A stretch of 62,340 nt of DNA, the filler included. It is 8 parts of 8 records of this genome, joined end to end, with 100 filler letters (N's around TTAATTAATTAA, not from the genome) between each part and the next. Parts side by side here need not be neighbours in the genome. Positions count along the whole stretch, not along the records: positions 26,897 to 34,142 come from SRR31147125_25443; positions 34,243 to 39,821 come from SRR31147125_25476; positions 39,922 to 49,569 come from SRR31147125_25479; 5 more parts are not named here. One strand, 5' to 3'. The position numbers were made by a program, and so were the translations under genes. The notes beneath the pieces were generated by a model. That model ran no database searches. It saw only the letters and a list, made by a program, of their open reading frames with translations, and was not told where the DNA came from. Below, piece by piece: positions 30,092 through 40,420 of this stretch; positions within the stretch are counted from its first letter, which is position 1; every line of letters starts with the position of its first letter.

Positions 30092-30732
30092 CTACAAGCC
30101 ACTAATGTCGAATGACTGACACATTTTATGGTGACACTCCCGTTTCTTCAATTCCGCGCGTTCAACACTTCGGCAAATATTTACAAGCAGCGAACCAATC
30201 CCTTGTCTGATCTGATGCCCTATTTGCCGATATTTTTTGGGGATACATACTTGATGCCATTCATTTTCCCAAAGTGGACAACTGCGTTTCCGGAAAGAGA
30301 TGTAAGATGATTATCGTTTTTGATGGCTCTCCGTATTTCATCTCTCTGATCAAACAACCATAACCCTGCGAGCCGGCTTAAAAGCTCGGCAGCGTCTACC
30401 TCCTGGCTGTGCAGATTTGCCCAGTACATTGAACCACGAATGTTGGCACCTTTGGCACCAGCAGCCATCATCTTCGAGAGCCATTGCAATCCGTATTGGA
30501 TGCCCTCGTGGCCTTCGTTCCGGGAAAGCAATTTATTTACGGCCTCGATTTCATCGGCGTAGATATAAGGTTTCACCGAGCCGGCTTCAGGGTGGCCCCA
30601 TCGGTAAGCCCTGGCCCTGTGCCGACTGCAGTACTGGCTTTTTCCGGTACGTTTGTTGTCACAGCCTCTGACATTGCACTGAAGACCTTTGTTGACTGCC
30701 AAGAACTCGTTTAGGCTCTGGTATTTTGACAA
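30092..30732 (-). CDS. Hypothetical protein with N-terminal C-x4-C-x10-C-x2-H zinc finger; probable frameshift near 30233-30238
   Basis: CNVRGCDNKRTGKSQYCSRH; GGAGA before TTG; one extra A extends the frame (YRQIGHQIRQGIGSLLVNIC...) to TAG at 30092. Confidence 0.65.
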
Positions 30733-31012
30733 TGGATATCTCCGAATTTTTGTATGGGACCAGTTCCCAAATGGAAATCTTGAGTACTACCCCCAGAAGG
30801 CATGAACAGGAAAAAAGAAGGTCCGTTGGTGCTGACACAATTGACCTGCTTACGGGCATCGTTCCTATCGGAACTCAACCCTTTTGCCGGAGGATAGACT
30901 TACCAGAATACTTTTCAGTGTGCTGAAATAGCCTACTCTAAAACTGTTCATCTTTAGGGAATTGGGGTACCACACAACCAATTGTTATTTCAATACAATC
31001 CTTTATCATCGA

Positions 31013-33114
31013 TCATTGATCAATAGGGGTACCACCTTCATCCTGGACAAGGAACCATGAATCTTTTCCCTTAGGATCAGGCAGTTTCCTGACTTCTACC
31101 CCCAACTTTTTCATCAGAACCTTATAGCGGCTGTTATCCTTTGAAAGAGCAGATCGGATCTTGTTAGAATGCTCCTTTTTTAAGCCCAGCTGCATCGAAA
31201 CACTATAAATAGTTTTCTTAGAGAGGCCCGAATAATGAAACCACCATATAGCTGCATCAATGTTGTTTGAGGCTTTCTGGTATGCTCTCTGTCGATGGGC
31301 TTCGATTTCTTTTGAATCTGCATCGAACTGGCCTGGGTCTGCTTTTAGACCCTTTACAAAACGCCAACCCGAGTCAACGTAGTCCACACCGTAAAAATGC
31401 TCTCGGATTTGCCTTTCCAAGAAGGAAGCCAGGGCATAGTTTTCGTCCATAGTTATTCGGATCGTTGTTGGCGCACAGTTTCCTTTGTTATCAACGACCC
31501 GCCTATTTCGTGCTCTCCCAATCGTCTGAATGAGATCTCTTGCCAGCTCGTGATCCTGAATCGTTCTCGAATCCAGTTGCGGTAGGTCCTCCGCCATAGA
31601 TTGGATGAGGTCATAATCCATGCTGTACTCCGGTTCTTCCTTCAAATTCCCAACGTATCTCTCAGTAGTGGCAATGATGTCGGAACCGTAGTCTGGTGAA
31701 CGGTGGTTCTGCCCGATGATGTACAGCAGGTCACAATCGCGAAAAGCATTGGAACCAGTCACTCCACCAATGTTACCGAAGATCACTTTGAAAGGGTAAT
31801 GCAGTCGTTTCGCTTTTACGGCATCCACGATATCTTTGAAGGTGATTACTCCCACCTGTTCCCATTGGGCTGCATCAAGGGATAGGAGTTCGTCTACAAT
31901 GAGATCGACAAACCTATCAACGTTCTCCCCTTCCCTGCCCACAAGTGTGGCTCTGCCCGTCCTTGTTGTTCGATCAGCCTCAATGCGAAGGTTTTTATAG
32001 TTACGGACCCTCCCAACTTTCACATCTTCGATGGTTCCATAGGCTTCAAGCAGCTTCGATGTTCTTGCTGTGGCGTCAAGGACGAAAACCCCTCGGTTTA
32101 ACCTATCAAGGACAAACTCCGACTTTGAGAAATGGTGCAGATCTCCCCTTTTCTTGTAGGAAACCGGGCCAGTTTGGAGGTACCATACAGTTATCAGGTT
32201 CTGGAGATCTCTCCATCTTTGCAAATATTCTCTTTTGTCCTCTTTGTAACTTCGGAGTGCATTGATCAGAGGTATTACATTAGGAGCGGTCTCTTGCCAC
32301 TTACCGAAAATGGATTCCTCTCCCCCCGTACTGAAACGGCGGACAATTCGAAGCTCATGGCTCAGGTTAATGAGGCCCATTACAATGCCTTCATATTGTG
32401 CTGCCAATTCGCCGGGTATGTTGTCGATGAGCTCGTCCAGAGAGTCTGATGACAGCGAAAATGTAGCAAAGGGGTCCAAAGCCTCATCCATCAAAATCAT
32501 ATGACGAGAGTTTGATTCCTCCCAACCAAAGGTAGAATCATACGCCAAGAAACTCGGTAAACGGTTCCAAAACAACCCTTTAACATCTTGCTCGATGAGT
32601 CCTATCAGCAGTCCTTTTTGGGTGGTTGCAAGGAAGGGCCATTCCTTTAACTCAGAATGTTTGACAGTCCTTTTATTCGTTCCGGAGTGATACGAAACTG
32701 CCATAGGCATCTTCATTCCGTATCGCTTTCCGAGCTTATTAACCTGAGTCTGGAAATAGTCGCAATCATCCTTGCGTTGTGCAGTTATCAATGCGCCAGG
32801 ACAATTCTCAGCCACTTCAGCGATAGCTCCAAGCATGGCGAAGTAGATATGTAACCCTGTAGACTTTCCACCCCCGTTTCGAGCGCAAACCTGTACATCA
32901 ATCGATGGTTCAGTGTTTGGTGGTCGTGAAGGTGTGAATTTAGTTCGGCGGCAAATGTACCCCAAGCAGACTTGAGTTTTGCTGAAGGAACATTACCGTG
33001 TTCTTTCCACTGCTTGACCATCTCATCAACGAATAGAGACGGCGGGACCCCGAGTTCCGGATCAACATGGTGAAGGTCAGGTGTCACTTGTTCGGGCCTC
33101 TCATCAAGATTCAC
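31013..33114 (-). CDS. Divergent SF2 helicase-like protein (about 700 aa once joined); frameshift in the homopolymer at 32871-32875
   Basis: One extra G yields FALETGGGKST (Walker A); ILMDEAL (II), VLDATA (III), GVTGSNAFRDCD (V-like), LIQTIGRAR (VI). Confidence 0.75.
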
Positions 33115-33273
33115 GAGTAGGTTAATGGTCTATTATCGGCCGATTCCACCGAGAACTTGATTGGTCAGTATCTCGTTAACTTTAGTACAATAGTTAGCGT
33201 GTTTGATTTGTATTGATTGGTAATGATATTAGATGTTTAATGGTGAAATGATGTAATTTGGCTGAAATAAGTG

Positions 33274-33302
33274 TTGACATCTGGTTAAGTTTTATACACA
33301 AT
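33274..33302 (+). promoter_or_regulatory. Sigma70-like promoter for the small recombinase
   Basis: TTGACA, 17 nt, CACAAT in the AT-rich divergent intergenic region. Confidence 0.5.
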
Positions 33303-33342
33303 AACTGCAAATGTTTACTACAATTCAATAAGAGGTCAGCGC

Positions 33343-33987
33343 ATGCCGACACCGTTTGACAATCCTTTCGCTGAAGCTTTTCAAAAAGTACCAAGCCAGC
33401 GTAAAAGCAATCCCAACCACCCCAAGAAAGGCTCGACCATCAAGGTGGATCCAATCAAAAGGACCAAGGACATCAGAGCCATTAAGACACTCCTCCAGGG
33501 CAAACCACGGGATCTGTGTCTTTTCACTCTCGGGATCAACACCAATCTCAGGGCATCGGACCTGCTCCAAATTACAGCAGGGATGGTCAAGGATTTGAAG
33601 GCAGGTGACGAACTGGTGCTGAAGGAAAGGAAGACAGGGAAACACCGTCGAATCACCCTGAATAAAGCTGTGACAGCCTCAATCCAGACACTTCTCAATA
33701 GCAGAGACTACAAGGACGACCAACCCCTTTTCACCGGCCAGAGAGGACCATTGACGGTCCCATCAGTGAACAGATTGGTAAAGGGATGGTGTCGGTCAAT
33801 TAACCTGAAAGGAAACTACGGATCCCACACCCTACGCAAGACGTTCGGATACCACCAGCGTGTCACTTTCGGGAGAGGCATTCCAGAGCTGATGGTTGTG
33901 TTCAATCATAGCACGCAAAGACAGACCCTGGACTACCTTTGTATTCAACCAGACGAAGTGCGGGACATCTACCTGAATGAACTGTAA
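33343..33987 (+). CDS. Small tyrosine recombinase, essentially catalytic domain only
   Basis: GINTNLRASDLL, ERKTGK, GSHTLRKTFGY, FNHST...TLDY. Confidence 0.92.
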   Translation: MPTPFDNPFAEAFQKVPSQRKSNPNHPKKGSTIKVDPIKRTKDIRAIKTLLQGKPRDLCLFTLGINTNLRASDLLQITAGMVKDLKAGDELVLKERKTGKHRRITLNKAVTASIQTLLNSRDYKDDQPLFTGQRGPLTVPSVNRLVKGWCRSINLKGNYGSHTLRKTFGYHQRVTFGRGIPELMVVFNHSTQRQTLDYLCIQPDEVRDIYLNEL

Positions 33988-34310
33988 TTCTTCAAACATG
34001 CTGGTTAGTATAGAATCAGGGTGCGAATGTATATATATATGACAGTAGCTTGGAGGAGACCGTCTTGTCCGAGGATGAGGCCCTGACTCTTGTTGCCACA
34101 TCCGATCCTGCCGAATAGACCGCCCCCAAGGAGGGGGAAAAANNNNNNNNNNNNNNNNNNNNNNNNNNNNNNNNNNNNNNNNNNNNTTAATTAATTAANN
34201 NNNNNNNNNNNNNNNNNNNNNNNNNNNNNNNNNNNNNNNNNNTTTATGGTTAACCAGACAATTAAATAAAAAATTATACGTTAATATTGTAGCCCAAAGA
34301 ACTATAGTCT

Positions 34311-35600
34311 ATGAAGAGAAGTCTTTATTTATTACTTATTCAGATATTATTTTCAACCGCTGTTTTTGCCCAGATTTCGGCACCTACAGCCGATGGAACC
34401 GATGTTACCAACTATCCTGTATTTTCGGAAACCGATGACATTTTTGTGTTTTGCACGGCCGATTCGTTGGCCGAAACTGCCACGTTAACCGTAAGTACAG
34501 AACTAAGCGGTACAAAAACATTTTTGTGGGAAAAATACGATGAAGGTTCGGCTTCTTTTGAGTTCTATTACCAGGAGAGTTCTGCAGGTCAGTCATCGCA
34601 AATAAATAATCTTGCCGATGGTTGTTATCGGGCAACTGTAACACTCGGGGGAACCACAGAGATAGATCGTGCATGGGTTTTTAACAATTGGATTTTTGCA
34701 GAAGCTTCAATTACCGATTCGAATTGTGAGTCATTTAAATTGAGTGGTTCATTTACATCAGCAGATCTGAATTATTACGACCTGAGCAATAATGCCCAAT
34801 TGGAAGTTTATAAGGATGTTAAAGCAGAATGGCAGGTTGATGGAGCTTCCTTAAGTTCTCTAATAAACCTACAGATTTACAGCCCACCAGCCGAAGATAA
34901 AATTTACACTTTACGAATTTACGATATATTGGGTTGCGAAGGAACAGCTGATATTATATACGAATCGATGGTTACTGAGGCTAGTTTTACTGCCGACCCG
35001 GCAAGTGGAGAAGCGCCATTAACTGTAACGTTTAGCAATACTTCTGAAAACGGAACTTCCGGATATTACGAGTGGTACTTTTACCGCGACATAAGTGAAA
35101 TTAAAGAGGAGGCTGAAAGTACGACAGAAGAAATTGACAGCATTATGCTGGTTGCTTACGACGATTCGCCTACTTATACCTACGAGAATACGGGAAATTA
35201 CCTTATTAAACTTATCTCGAAAAAGGTGACCGACTATTCAGTTTGTGCCGATACTTTTACCATAGAAGACTATATTGAAGTGGACTCATCTTATGTGCTT
35301 GCTCCAAATGTTTTTACACCCAATGGAGATGGTGTAAACGACGAATTTGTTGTGAAATTCTGGTCGATGGAGAGTGTAGAAATAAGTGTCTTTAACCGTT
35401 GGGGGAAACGTGTTCATTTTTGGCAAAGCGGTGATGTGCAAGGTTTCGAAGAAAGCCGCACCGAAAGTGTTTGGGATGGACGAATTGGTGGCCGGTACGC
35501 CAGCCCGGGAGTTTATTACTGGAATGTGGAAGGACGTGGCCGCGATGGTGAAAAAAGACATGAGCACGGTTTTGTCCATGTTTTTCGAGGGAAGGATTAG
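34311..35600 (+). CDS. Secreted PKD-like protein with gliding-motility-associated (T9SS type B) C-terminal domain
   Basis: Signal peptide; GEAPLTVTFSN; PNVFTPNGDGVND, VFNRWG, WDG, GVYYW. Confidence 0.88.
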   Translation: MKRSLYLLLIQILFSTAVFAQISAPTADGTDVTNYPVFSETDDIFVFCTADSLAETATLTVSTELSGTKTFLWEKYDEGSASFEFYYQESSAGQSSQINNLADGCYRATVTLGGTTEIDRAWVFNNWIFAEASITDSNCESFKLSGSFTSADLNYYDLSNNAQLEVYKDVKAEWQVDGASLSSLINLQIYSPPAEDKIYTLRIYDILGCEGTADIIYESMVTEASFTADPASGEAPLTVTFSNTSENGTSGYYEWYFYRDISEIKEEAESTTEEIDSIMLVAYDDSPTYTYENTGNYLIKLISKKVTDYSVCADTFTIEDYIEVDSSYVLAPNVFTPNGDGVNDEFVVKFWSMESVEISVFNRWGKRVHFWQSGDVQGFEESRTESVWDGRIGGRYASPGVYYWNVEGRGRDGEKRHEHGFVHVFRGKD

Positions 35601-35606
35601 GGCTTC

Positions 35607-35894
35607 TTACGATCCTGAAATTAAAATAGAATCGCACATAGCTCCGTTTAACCTGTGTTTTAAAATTTTCTGGTATTCATCAGAACAATACCATGCTTTA
35701 AAATCTTCTTTCGAAGGAAATTCTATCAATACAATCCGAGCTTCATCCCAATAACCTTCAAGGCACATGGGCGTGTCGTCTACTGCCAGGTATTTTCCTT
35801 TGTACTTTTTAAATATTTCGCCGGCTGTATCAAGATAATGTTGATAAACCTTCTCGTCGTTAATTTGAATCTGGGCTATAAAATATACACTCAT
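35607..35894 (-). CDS. DUF1330 domain protein
   Basis: KYKGKYLA, LEG.W, VLIEFPS...AWYCSDEYQ. Confidence 0.85.
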   Translation of the reverse strand: MSVYFIAQIQINDEKVYQHYLDTAGEIFKKYKGKYLAVDDTPMCLEGYWDEARIVLIEFPSKEDFKAWYCSDEYQKILKHRLNGAMCDSILISGS

Positions 35895-36019
35895 TGTTAT
35901 TCTTTTTAGTGAACATCCGCATAATGGCATATACACGATTGAATATGTCATTACATCGAGGACATTCAAATTATTTTACATCAAAAACTTAAACGTATAT
36001 AATTCGGCAGCAAAGTGTT

Positions 36020-36955
36020 TTATGTGGGATCTGTTTCAATAATATCGAATCCTTTGGGTTGAAATACATTGTAATCGTCGCCAAATTGTGCTAAAAATTC
36101 TATGCTGAAGGCCCTGAAAGTATAACTAACAGGAAGTAGAATTACCGCCCCAATATAAGGGATAGCTAATAGAAGCAGGCCAACGCAGCAAGTAATAACT
36201 GCAAGAAAAATGACTCCGATTGCAACACCTATTCCCAGTATAAAAATAAAAAGTCCGTAAATAATAAACGTGAAAAAACGTTTCCCCAGAAGCGATAAAA
36301 ATTTGCTCCATGCTTTGAAAACATTTACTCTGTTTTTATACATAATCGGCACAACAAAATCTTTTAAGAATAATGATACATAACCAAAGACGATTATGTA
36401 AGCAAAGAAAAGTAAAATCATTTGTGCTACGGCGGCAAAAATCAGTGCTCCCGATGCATCGCTGTTATAAAGCTCTTTTCCCCATTGAAAACAGTGGATG
36501 AAAAAAAGTACGAATACCGCAAATGCCAGCCAGCCAAAAATAAATTCGAAAAGAAAAAGCGAGTTCCCTTCTTTTTTATACTCGTGCCACGGATAGCTAA
36601 TGTCCGATTTTTCGCAAGCGACATTATGCAGAAACATAAATTTTCCTCTTGAGCTTACCCAAATCATAATCGTTATAAAAGCAAACAAAAGGATGATTCC
36701 AACGAGTATTAGGTTGGCCCATAATGGATTATCAAAAAGCCATTCTTGTGCGGTTTGCGGAAATGCGAAAAATTCGTCCCAATCGGCGTTGCTGGTGTTG
36801 TTTCCACTGCCTCCGTTGCCATGGCAGTCGGTTAATGCTGCAAGCCAGGCTGTAAAACCTATTTTAAACCATTTTGAAAGATCGAAGGGGTGGAAAAGGG
36901 CGCTTTTCATTCGGTTAAAACCCTGTCCCAACGGGCGGCTGTAACTTATTGACAT
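36020..36955 (-). CDS. Conserved membrane protein of unknown function
   Basis: 311-aa ORF with several TM segments. Confidence 0.65.
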   Translation of the reverse strand: MSISYSRPLGQGFNRMKSALFHPFDLSKWFKIGFTAWLAALTDCHGNGGSGNNTSNADWDEFFAFPQTAQEWLFDNPLWANLILVGIILLFAFITIMIWVSSRGKFMFLHNVACEKSDISYPWHEYKKEGNSLFLFEFIFGWLAFAVFVLFFIHCFQWGKELYNSDASGALIFAAVAQMILLFFAYIIVFGYVSLFLKDFVVPIMYKNRVNVFKAWSKFLSLLGKRFFTFIIYGLFIFILGIGVAIGVIFLAVITCCVGLLLLAIPYIGAVILLPVSYTFRAFSIEFLAQFGDDYNVFQPKGFDIIETDPT

Positions 36956-37236
36956 GGTATTGATTTTTTATACAAGTTACTTTATTCAAAATTACAAATC
37001 AAGTGAACCCAACTAAAATAAAAGCCCGGCTTTGTTCGTTTCATATCTGTTTAAACAAACACAATGTTTATTTCTGTATGATTATTTATTAAGTTTTTTT
37101 AATTTCGACAATCGCAGGAGAAGCATTAGGTCTGTTCTGAAAAATGTAATTATAACAGCACTGTAATTGTGTTTGTTGGAGAATGACAACTGTAAAACCT
37201 TGCTACTGCAAATGTTAATCGAATAAAGAATAGAAA

Positions 37237-37829
37237 ATGAAAAGAATAACAATATCACTAATTTTAGTTGCAGCGTTTGCTTTAACAAGCGCGGCAAAAA
37301 AAGATTTAAATGCGTGGAAGAAGGAAGAGAATCTGAAAAATCAGTATGAGGTATTTAAAACTAACCTTAATTTTTGGAACGGCTCTTACTTTTTAAAACC
37401 ACCACAGCTCGATGAATTTTATAAAGCGTTGACTGATTCTATGGCTGGATTCGAAAGCGAACTTAATTCAAACAGGCAGGAAATGACATCGTTAAGAACC
37501 GACCTAAATGCACGAATTAAAGAAGCAGAGGATACCCAAAAAAGCTTGACGAAACTATTCGGCAGCAAAATTCAATTAAATTACTGGGATTTTGGGTGCA
37601 AAAAAATAGTTATTCTTTAATAATGACCTCGCTAATTGTTGGACTTTTGGTGGTGCTTGGCATAGTATTTTTAATGTTTAAACGCAGCAATCGTATTACT
37701 GTTAATACAAAACGCGAATACGAAGAGCTGAAAGAAGAGTTCGAGGTTCACAAGAAGAATTCGCTGGATCGCTATACCAAAATGAATATGGAGTTACATC
37801 ATCTCAGGATGGAGCTGAAAAAGAAGTAG
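37237..37829 (+). CDS. Coiled-coil protein with signal peptide and C-terminal TM; frameshift near 37538-37543
   Basis: ORFs 37237-37620 and 37596-37829 join across an A6 run. Confidence 0.65.
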
Positions 37830-37863
37830 CATTTTTAATCTCCTTTTTAGAAGATAAGAATGG

Positions 37864-39324
37864 TTACAATCCCACTCCCGTTCCCTGCATACTCGAATCA
37901 TGATCCCACATAATCAGCCACGGGTCGCGGGTGTTTTTCTGAAAGGTTTTCATTTTCGTTTTCATATCTTCCAGCACTTTGGCATATTCTTTTTTATCGG
38001 CCAGGTTTATTGCTTCGCCCGGATCTTTTTCTAAATCGAATAATTCAAATTCGGGGTGAAAAAGGTAATCTTTTACTTTACGCTGACCATAAACCTGAAT
38101 ATCGTTGCGATAAATACTTTGCCAGGTAGATGCTGCCCATAAATCGGATGCGAAAGGATATTCCAATCGCCAGGCAGGATTAAAAATCAGTTTGTACTTT
38201 CCGTCGCGAACCACACGCATTGGGTAATACATGGTTATTTCGTGAAAGGTATGCGAGGCACAAATCTGGTTCCAGCCTTCAGGATTTTCTTTACCAATTA
38301 TATTTTTAAACGAGCGGCCATGAAATTTTTCGGAAGACTTTACTCCTGCGTAATCCAAAAGGGTAGGAGTAAGGTCAACCCACGAAATCATGGCGTTATT
38401 TACAGCACCGTGTTTATTTGTTTTTGGGTCGCGAATTATGCAAGGCAATTTAATACCCGGCTCGTAAACAGTAGTTTTGGCTCCGGGCATTGCAATTCCG
38501 TTATCCGAAATATAAATAACCAGCGTATTTTCTTTTTTACCGGTTGCTTCCAGCATTTTCATCAGCTTCCCAAATCCCTGGTCAATACGCGAAATACTTT
38601 GGTAGTACTGCGCCAATTCTTCGCGGCATTCTTTTGTGTCGGGCAAAAATGGTGGTACAATTACATCTTTTGGGTCGTACACTTTTGTATCAACGCCCGG
38701 GTAACCATCCGCTTTATTTCCAAAGTTGTTAGGTAAATACCACGGATCGCTTTGGAATGGTGCTCCACGGTGCGGATCGTCGGTACAGAAATACAGGAAA
38801 AATGGTTTTTCAGAGTTTAATACTCCTTCACAAGCTTCGGCCATTTCTACCGTACTGCGCGGGTCGGCTTCTAACGCCTGGTTGAAATGATACACTTTTT
38901 CCGGCGCCAAATGGTATTTTCCAATGCGTGCAGTTTCGTAACCGGCATTTTCCAACATTACCGGCAGCGATTTTACATTATCGAAAGTACTGAAATGATG
39001 GTAATCGTGAACGTGTCCGTAAGAGCCGGTGGCATGGCCAAACATTCCCGATAAAATAACCGAACGGCTGGCAGCGCAACTTGCACTTGTACAATATGCA
39101 TTTGTAAAACGTACTCCTTCGGCAGCCAGTTTGTCGAGGTTCGGCGTTTCAATTACCGGGTTTCCATAACAACCAAGCGCATCGGTTCCGTGGTCGTCGG
39201 CCACAAAAAGAATAATATTTGGCGCATTCTTACCTGTATTTGCGTTTCCTTTATCGTTGTTTTTGGCAGAACATGAAAAAAATGCAATTGCCAAAATCAT
39301 TGTAAGCAGGGATAAACTCTTCAT
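37864..39324 (-). CDS. Sulfatase (S1, sulfamidase-like), lipoprotein
   Basis: Lipobox FFSC; PNIILFVADDHG, CAASR, GKYH, DPH, SDNG. Confidence 0.92.
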   Translation of the reverse strand: MKSLSLLTMILAIAFFSCSAKNNDKGNANTGKNAPNIILFVADDHGTDALGCYGNPVIETPNLDKLAAEGVRFTNAYCTSASCAASRSVILSGMFGHATGSYGHVHDYHHFSTFDNVKSLPVMLENAGYETARIGKYHLAPEKVYHFNQALEADPRSTVEMAEACEGVLNSEKPFFLYFCTDDPHRGAPFQSDPWYLPNNFGNKADGYPGVDTKVYDPKDVIVPPFLPDTKECREELAQYYQSISRIDQGFGKLMKMLEATGKKENTLVIYISDNGIAMPGAKTTVYEPGIKLPCIIRDPKTNKHGAVNNAMISWVDLTPTLLDYAGVKSSEKFHGRSFKNIIGKENPEGWNQICASHTFHEITMYYPMRVVRDGKYKLIFNPAWRLEYPFASDLWAASTWQSIYRNDIQVYGQRKVKDYLFHPEFELFDLEKDPGEAINLADKKEYAKVLEDMKTKMKTFQKNTRDPWLIMWDHDSSMQGTGVGL

Positions 39325-39358
39325 GGTTAAATACTTTTTTCTGATTTGAGTTTTGAAA

Positions 39359-39821
39359 CTAAAATTTTATTCTGAAAGCATAGGCAGCTTCACATGGCTT
39401 TTTGCCTTTTAGCTTAATTTTTACCCCATTTTTGCTTTGTTTCCAAGTCATTTTATTGGAGCCGCTGATGAATTCAATCGATTTAATCTTTCCATCGGTA
39501 AATTCATTCCCTTTTGCCAACGATTCTATGTTGAACTCTCCGTTGGCAGGCCACGCTAAAGAAATTGCATAAAGAACTCCGTCTTTTTCAGTAAAACGTA
39601 TATCAGCTGCAACGTTTTCTTTATTTTGCTTTTCTGAATGATGCCCGGTGCTCACTTTGGTTGGTCCTTCACCAAATATTTTCCACGGACGGGTTTCGTA
39701 AATTGCCTCGCCATTTAAGCTCAACCATTCACCCATTTCCATAAGAATATGTTTGGCTTCTTCAGGAATAGTTCCGTCGGCTTTTGGCCCGATATTCAGC
39801 AATAAACAACCGTTTTTACTT
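39359..39821 (-). CDS. Alpha-L-fucosidase (GH29) C-terminal part
   Basis: [33 protein letters not shown]. Confidence 0.85.
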
Positions 39822-39921
39822 NNNNNNNNNNNNNNNNNNNNNNNNNNNNNNNNNNNNNNNNNNNNTTAATTAATTAANNNNNNNNNNNNNNNNNNNNNNN
39901 NNNNNNNNNNNNNNNNNNNNN

Positions 39922-40187
39922 GGGTTGCCGATGTGGTGGGGAAGAAGTTGGCCGGCCTTGCGAACCATCATCAAATTTTGTGCATCACTCACCTGCCGCA
40001 GATAGCGAAGTATGGCAAACATCACTTCCGCATCGCCAAAAGCATAGCCCGGGGGCGCACCCGGACTACCATTACGCCATTGACGCCCGAAGCGCGCATC
40101 GAAGAGATGGCTCGCATGCTGGGAGGAGAAGATATTACGGCCACCACCCTGGCCCACGCTCGAGAAATGCTCTCATCCGGCCGTTAA
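39922..40187 (+). CDS. recN: DNA repair protein RecN, 3' end
   Basis: QILCITHLPQIA...H..IAK...RIEEMARMLGG. Confidence 0.92.
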
Positions 40188-40420
40188 CCTGCGGCCTTTT
40201 GGATACGGCGTTCGCCGGTAGAGTACGCGTCGAAGATCTCAGATATATCAATGTATGAGATCGCCCGCCTGTTTTGGGATAGGTTCAGAAACCATATGAA
40301 AATGCCGCTCGCATGTGATTGTATCCGCCTGCATCTGATTTGATAAGAAGAATTTGTGCTGTGGTATCCCCATGCCTGGATGGGTTTTGGCCATTATCGT
40401 AATGAATCGAAGAGGTAGAT

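Larger units (their letters stand above)
26897..34142. mobile_element. tRNA-integrated element (left part only; right end not in the contig)
   Basis: tRNA 3' end immediately followed by an integrase, then cargo, a helicase-like gene and a second recombinase; no housekeeping synteny. Confidence 0.8.
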
